From: Planctomycetota bacterium
GTDB taxonomy: Bacteria; Planctomycetota; JBFWNO01
Assembly (NCBI GenBank): GCA_050251015.1
Contig: JBFWNO010000001.1
Coordinates: forward strand, 80,645-144,644
DNA: 64,000 nucleotides
Reading direction: 5' to 3'
Positions 32,917 through 41,272 of the stretch are shown piece by piece. Under the pieces are notes generated by a model. The model saw only the letters and a program-made list of their open reading frames with translations. It ran no database searches and had not been told where the DNA came from. Numbering within the stretch: position 1 is the stretch's first letter; every line of letters starts with the position of its first letter. The position numbers were made by a program, and so were the translations under genes.

Positions 32917-34280
32917 TCGATTCACACTCCCACTTGAATTTCCCGGAAGCCTTCCCCGACCTGGCGGCGGTGAAGCGCTCGATGGACCAGGCGGGTGTCG
33001 AGGCCGCTGTGGTGGTGGGCACGGGCATCGACAGCTCCCGGAGGGCCTCGGCATTGTCCTGCGCCTGGATGTTTCCCACCGCCGGCATCCATCCAAACGA
33101 GACCTCCTTTGATGACTCACCGGCACAGTGGCGCGAGCTCGAATCCCTGGCTGCCGATGCGGCCTGCGTGGCGGTGGGGGAAACCGGGCTCGACGGCCAC
33201 CACAAGGATGTTCCCTTTGAGACCCAGAAAATTCGCTTCAAGAAGCAGATGGGGTTGGCCCGTGATCGCGGACTCCCGCTGATCGTCCACTCCCGCGAAG
33301 CCGGCGAGGAGACGCGCGCCATGCTCCGCGCCGAGGGGCGCGGGCTGAGCGGTGTTCTCCATTGCTTCGACGGCCATGAAGCCCTGGCCCGCGAGGCCCT
33401 GGACATGGGTTGGTATATCTCCCTGGCCGGCAACATCACATTCAAGAATGCCCAGCCCCTGCAGGATTGCGTCCGCCGCCTCCCTGGCGACCGTTTTCTG
33501 GTGGAGACCGATGCTCCCTTCCTTTCGCCGCACCCTCACCGGGGGAAGCCCAACGACCCCTCCCTGATGGTGCACACGGCCTCCAAACTGGCCGAGCTCA
33601 GGGGCCTGAGCACCGGCGACATCACCCGCATCACCCGACGCAACACCATCAACCTCTTCCGCCTGCCGCTAGCCTTGGAAGGCGTGAGCCTGGTGTATCC
33701 CATCCGTGACAGTCTTTATATCAACCTCACCCGCCGATGCAGCGCTCGGTGCACCTTCTGTCCCCGCGAGGACAACCCCGTGGTCAAGGGCCACGATCTG
33801 GGACTCACGCGCGACACGGAACCGGGGGCCGACGATGTGATCCGCGCCATGGGCGACCTGGGGCAATGGAAAGAGGTGGTTTTCTGCGGCTTTGGCGAAC
33901 CCACACTCAGGCTGGAGGAGCTCAAGATCGTGGCCCGCCATGCCAAGAAGGCGGGAAAGCGGGTCCGCCTGAACACCAACGGCCACGGCAGCCTGATCCA
34001 CCGCCGCAACATCGTGCCCGAGCTTGTCGGCCTGGTGGATTGCGCCAGCATCTCGCTGGATGCCCCCGATCCCGCCTCCTATATGGAAATCGTCAGACCG
34101 GCCCACAGAGAAAAGGCCTTCCCTGGACTTTTGGAATTCGCCAGGGAATGCCGCCGGCTTCTTCCGGAGGCCGTTCTCAGCGTCGTCACGGTTCCGGGCC
34201 TCGACCTGGAGGCCTGCAGGGCCCTGGCGGCCAGGGAAGGGCTCCCTCTCCGGGAACGCCCCTACAACGAGGTGGGCTGA
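32910..34280 (+). CDS. TatD-family hydrolase fused to a TatD-associated radical SAM domain
   Basis: N-terminal part: IDSHSHL, GIHPNE, GETGLD, VHSREA, HCFDG, ETDAPFL. C-terminal part: CSARCTFC (CxxxCxxC) and FCGFGEP. GGAGG precedes ATG 32910. Confidence 0.8.
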   Translation: MLIDSHSHLNFPEAFPDLAAVKRSMDQAGVEAAVVVGTGIDSSRRASALSCAWMFPTAGIHPNETSFDDSPAQWRELESLAADAACVAVGETGLDGHHKDVPFETQKIRFKKQMGLARDRGLPLIVHSREAGEETRAMLRAEGRGLSGVLHCFDGHEALAREALDMGWYISLAGNITFKNAQPLQDCVRRLPGDRFLVETDAPFLSPHPHRGKPNDPSLMVHTASKLAELRGLSTGDITRITRRNTINLFRLPLALEGVSLVYPIRDSLYINLTRRCSARCTFCPREDNPVVKGHDLGLTRDTEPGADDVIRAMGDLGQWKEVVFCGFGEPTLRLEELKIVARHAKKAGKRVRLNTNGHGSLIHRRNIVPELVGLVDCASISLDAPDPASYMEIVRPAHREKAFPGLLEFARECRRLLPEAVLSVVTVPGLDLEACRALAAREGLPLRERPYNEVG

Positions 34281-34281
34281 C

Positions 34282-35223
34282 ATGATCGTTGTGCTCACAG
34301 GGGGGGCCGGTTTTATCGGCAGTCACATCGCTGAGGCCCTTGTGGCCAGGGGCGACACAGTGAGGGTGATCGACAACCTCAGCTCAGGGCGGCTTTCGAA
34401 CCTTGATCCCGTGAAGGGGAAGGTCCGGTTCATCCAGGGCAGTTGCGGCGACGAGAAACTGATGATGGAGGCCCTGGAGGGCGCCGATGCCGTGGTGCAC
34501 CAGGCCGCCCTCACCAGCGTCCAGCGTTCCATGAGGTCGCCCCTTGAAACGTTTCGCGAAACACTGGCCGCTTCGGTGACCACCCTGGAGTGTGCCAGGC
34601 TGCGGGGCGTGAAGCGCTTTATCTATGCAGCCAGCTCCAGCGCCTATGGCAATGCCCAGGTGGAGCGCAAGCACGAGGGGCTGTATCCGGCCCCGCTGTC
34701 CCCCTATGCGGCCTCCAAGGTGTCCCTGGAGATGTTCGCCCAATCCTACTCAAGGGGTTTCGGGTTGATGACCGTGGGGCTCCGTTATTTCAACGTCTTC
34801 GGACCGCGCCAGGATCCGAGCAGCGAGTATGCCGCCGTGATTCCCCGCTTCATCAAGCTGATGCTTGCCGGCAACCCCCCTGTGATCACCGGTGACGGGG
34901 ACCAATCCCGCGACTTCACCTTCGTGCGCAATGTGGTGGCGGCGAATCTCCGGGCCCTGGAAATTCCCCTGGAGCCCACCGGGTTCGTGGCCAATGTGGC
35001 CACAGGCAAGAAGGTGACCCTCCCGGAACTGGTCGAGGGATTGAACAAGGTGTCGGGCCTCCGCCTCAGCCCCCAGTTCGGACCTGCCAGGCCCGGGGAT
35101 GTCCGCCATTCCCTGGCCGATCTCCGCCACGCCCAGGATGTGCTGGGATACAAGCCCCAGGTGGACTTTCTCGAGGGCCTCGCGGAAACCTGGAAGCACT
35201 ACAAGGAAGCGTCCTCCGCATGA
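34282..35223 (+). CDS. NAD-dependent nucleotide-sugar 4-epimerase (WbpP/TviC-like SDR)
   Basis: LTGGAGFIGSH, SSSAYG, YAASK, RYFNVFGPRQDP. Confidence 0.85.
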   Translation: MIVVLTGGAGFIGSHIAEALVARGDTVRVIDNLSSGRLSNLDPVKGKVRFIQGSCGDEKLMMEALEGADAVVHQAALTSVQRSMRSPLETFRETLAASVTTLECARLRGVKRFIYAASSSAYGNAQVERKHEGLYPAPLSPYAASKVSLEMFAQSYSRGFGLMTVGLRYFNVFGPRQDPSSEYAAVIPRFIKLMLAGNPPVITGDGDQSRDFTFVRNVVAANLRALEIPLEPTGFVANVATGKKVTLPELVEGLNKVSGLRLSPQFGPARPGDVRHSLADLRHAQDVLGYKPQVDFLEGLAETWKHYKEASSA

Positions 35224-36857
35224 CAACGTTGGCCGAACTGCTGGAAGCCAAGATCAAGGCCTTCCTGGTCAAACGCCAGAGACCCTCCGACACCCCCCAC
35301 CTTATCCGTCAGGCGCTTCGGGCCCTGGACACCTTCTTCTGGAAAAAGGCTGACAAGATCATCGAAGACAGGGCCCCCGAGAGGGGCTGGCAGCTGACCC
35401 TCAACTCCGAGGAAAAACTCCTGATCAACATGGGTGTGGTGACCCGTGAATTGGTGGGCGAGCCCGACGAATTCTTTGAGCGGCTCCTGTTCGAGATGCA
35501 GGGTGATGTCAGCGGCCACACCATCTTCCATGTGGACGAGTGGCTCCAGCACCGGTGGTCGATCGACAGCGCCCTGCAGGATGCCGAGAACGCCCAGACT
35601 CCCGTTTCTTCCTTCCGCAGCAACCCTGCCTACCAGCAGAGCTTCGAGGCCAGGGCCAGGGCCTTTCTGCAGATCCGGCACCTGGTGGCCACGCTGCCCG
35701 GCGTGACACCTGACCTGATGAAGACGCTCGATGACGGCCGACTGGCCCGCCATCTCGAGGACATCCACCATACCCAGGTCTCGGGCCTGGCCCCCCTCAC
35801 GGAAGCCGACAGGAAGCTTCAGATTTTCCACGACACGCTCTTCCGCCGTGTCCGCGAGAGGTGCACAACCAAGTCCATGCAGGATGCTTATAAGGAATGG
35901 GTCACATGGGATGAAAGGGTCCGGCACCTCGTAATCGAGGATTCCCGCGACGCCAAGGTCGAGAACAAGATGCGGGTTGAAACGAAGGCCCTGGAATCCT
36001 CCAGCCGGTTCCAGATGTCGCGGAACCTCCGGCTTTTGAAGAACCTCATTCCCTTGGGTGTGACCGGTACGCGCCTTCCCCTACCTTTTTCACCCCTTTT
36101 TGCGGACACCAACCGCACCACCAAACCCAGCCTCCTTCGCCTCTGGAAGGGACTTCTGGAATGCGACCCCACCCTTCCGGGGGAACCTGACATCCTGATC
36201 GCCCCCTATGCTGGAAGCGGTTTTTTCGAATGGGACCACAATACCCTGGTGGTCCCGGTGACCACGGAACACTCCATGGGGGCGGCCTTTGTTCAGGCCG
36301 TAGCCAGTTACCGGATCATGACGGACTCCCTGAACTTCGACGGGCGACTCAAACGGGCCTGGGCCGCCCGTTTTGGCAAAGAGAATTTCAACCGCAATTT
36401 CGCCGAAAACTACCACAATTGGGTCCTGGGAGTGGGTCTGGGCCGCCGTCTGGCCATGGAAAGGGAGCCCTTCAACTTCTTCATGGATCACATCGCCCCC
36501 AAACCCTCCCAGGGTCTGGGGCGCCAGAAGATCCTCAATCTCGACAACGATAACCAGCTGGCCCTCCTCCGGGACCTCCGGGGCAGGATGAACTCCCACA
36601 AGGCCAGCTACCAGGACATCCTCGACATGGCCACCATCCAGTGGCGCCGGCACAACTGGATGTCGGCTCTCGAGTTTCTGGAACAGGCCTGGAAGCTGGA
36701 GGCCCACGATCCGCGTCTTTCCTTTTCTTACGCCTACCTTTCGCATAAACTTAACCGCCAGAACGCACGCATGCTCTACGAACAGGTCATCGAACATCAT
36801 CCCAAAACCCTGTGGCGCGTGTACGCCGAGATTCAATTGGAGGGCGACAAGCTGTGA
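35220..36857 (+). CDS. hypothetical protein (545 aa), no recognisable domain except a possible C-terminal TPR-like helix pair
   Basis: ATGA overlap with the epimerase stop and GTGA overlap into speA. Confidence 0.6.
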   Translation: MTTLAELLEAKIKAFLVKRQRPSDTPHLIRQALRALDTFFWKKADKIIEDRAPERGWQLTLNSEEKLLINMGVVTRELVGEPDEFFERLLFEMQGDVSGHTIFHVDEWLQHRWSIDSALQDAENAQTPVSSFRSNPAYQQSFEARARAFLQIRHLVATLPGVTPDLMKTLDDGRLARHLEDIHHTQVSGLAPLTEADRKLQIFHDTLFRRVRERCTTKSMQDAYKEWVTWDERVRHLVIEDSRDAKVENKMRVETKALESSSRFQMSRNLRLLKNLIPLGVTGTRLPLPFSPLFADTNRTTKPSLLRLWKGLLECDPTLPGEPDILIAPYAGSGFFEWDHNTLVVPVTTEHSMGAAFVQAVASYRIMTDSLNFDGRLKRAWAARFGKENFNRNFAENYHNWVLGVGLGRRLAMEREPFNFFMDHIAPKPSQGLGRQKILNLDNDNQLALLRDLRGRMNSHKASYQDILDMATIQWRRHNWMSALEFLEQAWKLEAHDPRLSFSYAYLSHKLNRQNARMLYEQVIEHHPKTLWRVYAEIQLEGDKL

Positions 36858-38815
36858 CGGACCCGGTATCGATCAACCGCGCTCTCTTCCGCCCCCACCA
36901 ATGGGGCAGGCCGGTGATGGATATCAACTCCCAGGGTCAGGTGGTGGCGAAGCTCGAACATGGTGAGGTTCCGCTCATCGATGTCGTTAAGAGGTTGCGC
37001 GGTTTCGGTTATGACCTTCCCGCAGTCATCCGCTTCCCCGAGCTGATCACCCGGCAGGCCACCAATCTTCACGAGGCCTTCGAGAAGGCCATCCGCGAAA
37101 GCGGCTACTCGAATCGCTACACAGGCCTGTATCCGCTGAAAGTTAATCCCATGGCCCATGTGGCCAAGACCATCCTCAAAACCACGCCCTTCGGACTGGA
37201 GGCCGGCAGCAAGGCCGAGCTGGTGGAGGCGCTCAGTCTGGCCATCCCGGCCGGCCGGCCCGTGCTGGTCAACGGTCACAAGGATGCCGTGATGATGCAG
37301 GCCATGCTCGAGTGCTCCCACCTCGGACACCGGGTGATCCCCATCATCGAGAAGTTCCACGAGGTGGAAAGGCTCTTCACCGTCGCACGTCGCCTGAAGA
37401 TCAAGCCACGCTTCGGCGTCAGGGTGCGCCTTCACGCCCGCGGCAGCGGCCGCTGGGAGGATTCGGCCGGCGAGCGCGCCAAGTTTGGGCTCAATTCCTT
37501 TGAGATCCTCCAGCTGGTGGAATACCTGAAGAAGGAAAACGCCCTCGACTGCTGGGAACTCCTGCATTTCCACATCGGCTCCCAGGTCACCGAGGTCCGC
37601 CCCATCTCGCAGGCCATCAACGAGGCTGCCCGGATCTTCTGCCAGCTCCACAAGATGGGCGTGGGCCTGACCAGCATCGATGTGGGCGGCGGCCTGGGCG
37701 TGGACTATGACGGCAGCCGCGGCGGCAGCGATTCCTCGCTCAACTACTCCATTGGGGAATACGCCAATAACATTGTCTACACCCTCCATGAGGTCTGCAA
37801 GGAACAGGGGATTCCCGAACCCGAGATCCTCAGTGAGAGCGGGCGTTTTCTAGTGGCCAACCACGCACTGCTCATGATCGAGGTGCTAGGCCGCAACAAC
37901 GTGCTCGACGTCCCCTTCCCCGAAGCCCGCCCTGGCGAGCACCGCCTGGTGACCACGCTCCGCGGCATTGTCTCGGACCTGGGAGCCGAGAACGTGAGGG
38001 AATCCCTGCACGATGCCCGCGCCATTAAGGAGGACGCCCTGAGGCTCTTCGAACTGGGACACTTCGACCTCATCGACAGGAGCGCGCTCGAAAATCTCTA
38101 CTGGCTCGCGGCCCGCAAAGCCCTCGACTTCCTCAAGGGACCCGAGCTCGAGAAGCTCCAGACTGAAAGCTCCGACCAGGTGCTGGTGAACTTCTCGCTG
38201 TTCCAGAGCCTGCCCGACTACTGGGCCGTGGACCACAACTTCCCCATCATGCCCATCGACAGGCTGGATATCCCTTGCACGCGTGAATCAACCCTCATTG
38301 ACATCACATGCGACAGCGACGGCAAGATCTGCAACTTCATCCGTGGCGAGGGCAACAATGCCGAACGCTCCTCATTGCCCCTGCATCCGGAAGGCGCCGG
38401 AAGCGACATCCTCGGCGTGTTCCTGATCGGCGCCTACCAGGACATCCTGGGGGACCTCCACAACCTTTTCGGGCCCCTCAACGAGGTGGAGGTGACCTGG
38501 AAGAAGGGCTCCAAGGACTACAACGTGGGCAAGATCGACCGCGGCACCAATGTGCGAGAGACGCTGGAGCTCATGCACCTCGATCCCGACACCCTGATGG
38601 ATGACCTCCTCAAGATCCTGGGCTCCAAGTGCTCGGGCGAGGAGCACGAGAACCGCGTGGTGAAGCATTTCCGCCGCATGCTCAACGACACCACCTACTT
38701 CGACGTGCGCCCTGCCGGGCTTTCAGACAACAAGAAGTCCGAACAACACAAGTCGGCGGCCGACAACGGCGTTATCGAGAGCTTCCACGGCTCGGCTGGA
38801 CCGGGGCACAGCTAA
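36854..38815 (+). CDS. speA: biosynthetic arginine decarboxylase
   Basis: YTGLYPLKVNP (PLP Lys), HFHIGSQ, IDVGGGLGVDYDG, full-length SpeA-like. GTG 36854 forms a GTGA overlap with the upstream stop. Confidence 0.9.
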   Translation: MTDPVSINRALFRPHQWGRPVMDINSQGQVVAKLEHGEVPLIDVVKRLRGFGYDLPAVIRFPELITRQATNLHEAFEKAIRESGYSNRYTGLYPLKVNPMAHVAKTILKTTPFGLEAGSKAELVEALSLAIPAGRPVLVNGHKDAVMMQAMLECSHLGHRVIPIIEKFHEVERLFTVARRLKIKPRFGVRVRLHARGSGRWEDSAGERAKFGLNSFEILQLVEYLKKENALDCWELLHFHIGSQVTEVRPISQAINEAARIFCQLHKMGVGLTSIDVGGGLGVDYDGSRGGSDSSLNYSIGEYANNIVYTLHEVCKEQGIPEPEILSESGRFLVANHALLMIEVLGRNNVLDVPFPEARPGEHRLVTTLRGIVSDLGAENVRESLHDARAIKEDALRLFELGHFDLIDRSALENLYWLAARKALDFLKGPELEKLQTESSDQVLVNFSLFQSLPDYWAVDHNFPIMPIDRLDIPCTRESTLIDITCDSDGKICNFIRGEGNNAERSSLPLHPEGAGSDILGVFLIGAYQDILGDLHNLFGPLNEVEVTWKKGSKDYNVGKIDRGTNVRETLELMHLDPDTLMDDLLKILGSKCSGEEHENRVVKHFRRMLNDTTYFDVRPAGLSDNKKSEQHKSAADNGVIESFHGSAGPGHS

Positions 38816-39867
38816 AACGCCCACCCGAAACTGAAAGCTCCGAAAATGCTTTCTTCCTCCTGGCCGTGGAATTCTTTTGTCCGATACACGGAAGTGTAGC
38901 TTAGGCGGACTTCTTTGTAGGTCAGTGAAAAACCCAGGCTCACATCCGCCACGAACGGATTTTTTTTCACGCGATAGCTGTTGGCGAAGGTGTTCCCATC
39001 AAGAAATATGTTGCGGGCAATGGCCCGGCCTTCAAGCCCGACAAACACGTCCAATCCCATTTTGTCTGCCGGCAGAAAGTATCCCGTCCCCGGCATGGCG
39101 GGCCGGGCTAGCAGGGGGGTATCATGCCAACGGTTGTCGGATAGAGAATACTTCAGGACACCACCCGCATTGATGTAGGTGTAGATATTGCCAACCGAAG
39201 CCCCCAGATGGGGAGTAAAGACAAAGGTCGCCTCCCCCCATTCTGACTGCCACACCCCGGGCCACCTTCTTTGCTTCGACAGAACCAATCCCACTTCGTC
39301 GTTCAACTGGCCGTCCCATCCCAGCGGCGTGGGGCTATCGATGACCTTGTGGATCTGCTTTTGCAAGGCCTCCCCACGGGCGGATGGCCCGACCACCCCA
39401 ATCATGATCTCATACTCATCCAGGTGATCGCCTGTCAGCGTGGCCATGGAAACGGCACCGTAAAAAAAAGCGGCCCAGGGCCTGTCATTGATATTGATGG
39501 TTTCAGATTGGATATCGACGGGGGTGTAGAGGTTGTGTCCCAGGGAATAGGCCAGGGTGGTGCTGTCATTCAAACCCAGAAACGAAAGCTTCTTCTGCAC
39601 GCCCTTGGAAACGGTCGGCGGGCGCTTACCCACCTCGAACCAGCTTAAGCGTACGCCGTTGGTGTAACTGTGGTCGTTGCCTGAGGCGAACAGATCATTC
39701 TCAGTCGTGATGGTGAAATATGTTCTGTTGGGACCGTTCATGATTTCTTCTGGCAACTGGCCTTCAATCTGATCCTGCGAGTGCATCTGAGCGCATAAAA
39801 ATCCAAACCCCAGAGCGCCGAGTGTCGTCATGAGCTGGCGACGGCGCGTTTTAATAAACAGAATCAA
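38812..39867 (-). CDS. lpxR: lipid A deacylase LpxR family outer-membrane protein
   Basis: FTITTENDLFASGNDHSYTNGVRLSW and C-terminal ...FSFGWAF. The TTG 39867 start gives signal peptide MILFIKTRRRQLMTTLGALGFGFLCAQ. Alternative start is ATG 39831. Confidence 0.7.
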   Translation of the reverse strand: MILFIKTRRRQLMTTLGALGFGFLCAQMHSQDQIEGQLPEEIMNGPNRTYFTITTENDLFASGNDHSYTNGVRLSWFEVGKRPPTVSKGVQKKLSFLGLNDSTTLAYSLGHNLYTPVDIQSETININDRPWAAFFYGAVSMATLTGDHLDEYEIMIGVVGPSARGEALQKQIHKVIDSPTPLGWDGQLNDEVGLVLSKQRRWPGVWQSEWGEATFVFTPHLGASVGNIYTYINAGGVLKYSLSDNRWHDTPLLARPAMPGTGYFLPADKMGLDVFVGLEGRAIARNIFLDGNTFANSYRVKKNPFVADVSLGFSLTYKEVRLSYTSVYRTKEFHGQEEESIFGAFSFGWAF

Positions 39868-39926
39868 GTCAAATCAACGAACACTCTCCAATGCATACTC
39901 GTCTCCAATCCAATGCGATGGAACAT
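39864..39926 (-). CDS. 20-codon upstream ORF coupled (TTGA) to the lpxR TTG start
   Basis: GAGGAGGAG lies 4-6 nt upstream of the ATG. Peptide is MFHRIGLETSMHWRVFVDLT. Its TGA overlaps TTG 39867. Confidence 0.4.
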   Translation of the reverse strand: MFHRIGLETSMHWRVFVDLT

Positions 39927-40204
39927 TCAACTCCTCCTCTCTCTTAACGATCAAAGATGGCGTGCGCTGTTGGCACGAACCATGGCTTGCGGCATTTGGG
40001 CCTCTCATCGAATCGATGGGCCACTTGCATTCTACAACCTGTGGCACATTTGCCTATTTCAATCTCCAACCATCATCACGTCACCTGGCACGAGAACGCC
40101 GCTTTGTTCCACGCTGATTGCAACGTATCGGCTCCATATCGACCAGCAAGTTCTACCACAATGACGGTAGTCAGATTTTGATTCTTATTTTTAATGCTTC
40201 GATC

Positions 40205-41272
40205 TTAATTCCCCCAGTACCCCTTCTTCGAATGCATCGGCCAGGCAAACATGGCGATGAGGGCGGCGAGATTGAGGTAGAGGAAGGGTTGCACCAGGTG
40301 GGTCTTGGGGCGCCAACCCAATTTGAAGCCGATGAAGACCCCGGCACCCAGGAAGATGAGCGGGAAAATCCAGCCCCAGACCACCAGCGTGAGGATCAGA
40401 AATAAAAGGGTCAAGACGGGCAGGAACAGGCGCAGCCACTTGTGGCTCCAGAGCGCCAGGCGCGCCGTGCCCCCCTTGGGCCGGGGATAGCGCTTGCCCC
40501 CGAAGAGGATCTGCCAGTTGCCGCTCAAGGTGCGGATCTTGCGGATGAGTTCGGCCTTCCATTCGATGCTCCGCGGATCATCGACGATCAAGTCGGAATC
40601 AATGTCCACCAGCGCTCCCTTAGAGAGGATCATCAACCCCAGGGCCATGTCATCGCAGAGACAGTTGTCGGGGAGAGCCTCCCAGTAGCGCGTCTTCAGC
40701 GCACAGCAGGCGCCAGTGAGACCCATGCAGAAACCCTGGCGTCCCTCGGCATCGCGCAGCCTCCACTCCTGCTCCCAGTAGGCCGTGTCGGTTCCGGGGA
40801 TCCTCAGGCGCGCACTGATCCCCCCGAGGAAGTCGTCATGCAGGCGGTCCTTCAGGGCGAGCACCGTGTCCTCGCCCACGCTCTGGCGGACATCCATGAG
40901 CACCACGGCTTCCGTCTTCACCTTGGAGCGGGCCTTGTTCAGGGCCTTGGACTTCCCCCCCCTCGGTTGGGAGATCACCTCCAGCCTGGGATCCTTGAGA
41001 GAGGAGAGAAAGGCCATGCTTCCATCCTCGCTCCCGTCATCGATCACCACGACCTTCTTCAGCGTGGAATTTCTGTAAGACAGGATCTCGCCCATTTTTC
41101 TCTTGAGGTCTTCACCCCCGTTGCGGCTGACCACCACGATGGAGTAATTCACCATGGGGGAGCGCCCGTAATCACGGCGTGGGTACTTGCCGCAACGCAT
41201 GGCCATCCACAGGGGATAGCCCTTCAGGGCATAAAACAGCAGCGCGCCGGTGATCAGCCACAACCAGACCAT
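40205..41272 (-). CDS. membrane-embedded glycosyltransferase family 2
   Basis: N-terminal TM, then YSIVVVSRNGGEDL...VVVIDDGSEDGS, C-terminal TM helices; 355 aa. Confidence 0.8.
   Translation of the reverse strand: MVWLWLITGALLFYALKGYPLWMAMRCGKYPRRDYGRSPMVNYSIVVVSRNGGEDLKRKMGEILSYRNSTLKKVVVIDDGSEDGSMAFLSSLKDPRLEVISQPRGGKSKALNKARSKVKTEAVVLMDVRQSVGEDTVLALKDRLHDDFLGGISARLRIPGTDTAYWEQEWRLRDAEGRQGFCMGLTGACCALKTRYWEALPDNCLCDDMALGLMILSKGALVDIDSDLIVDDPRSIEWKAELIRKIRTLSGNWQILFGGKRYPRPKGGTARLALWSHKWLRLFLPVLTLLFLILTLVVWGWIFPLIFLGAGVFIGFKLGWRPKTHLVQPFLYLNLAALIAMFAWPMHSKKGYWGN

Noticed and set aside
36833-37789. 318-aa minus-strand ORF antisense to speA. Similar long antisense ORFs occur at 3731-4390, 8981-9520, 10957-11973, 18039-19097, 24268-25134, 25501-26439, 36090-36836, 40442-41419, 42034-42792, 45798-46799, 46315-47226, 54574-55473 and 55855-56778.
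   Set aside because: Each lies opposite a gene with clear family motifs. Their translations are low-complexity (Gly/Arg/Pro/His-rich) with no motifs, as expected for stop-poor antisense frames in ~60% GC DNA.
39971-40053. Two TGGCAC motifs (39971-39976 and 40042-40047) as sigma54 promoters in the low-GC spacer
   Set aside because: The distance from GG to the nearest downstream GC is 15 nt and 7 nt respectively, not the required 10. Both are also on the + strand, pointing away from any gene start.
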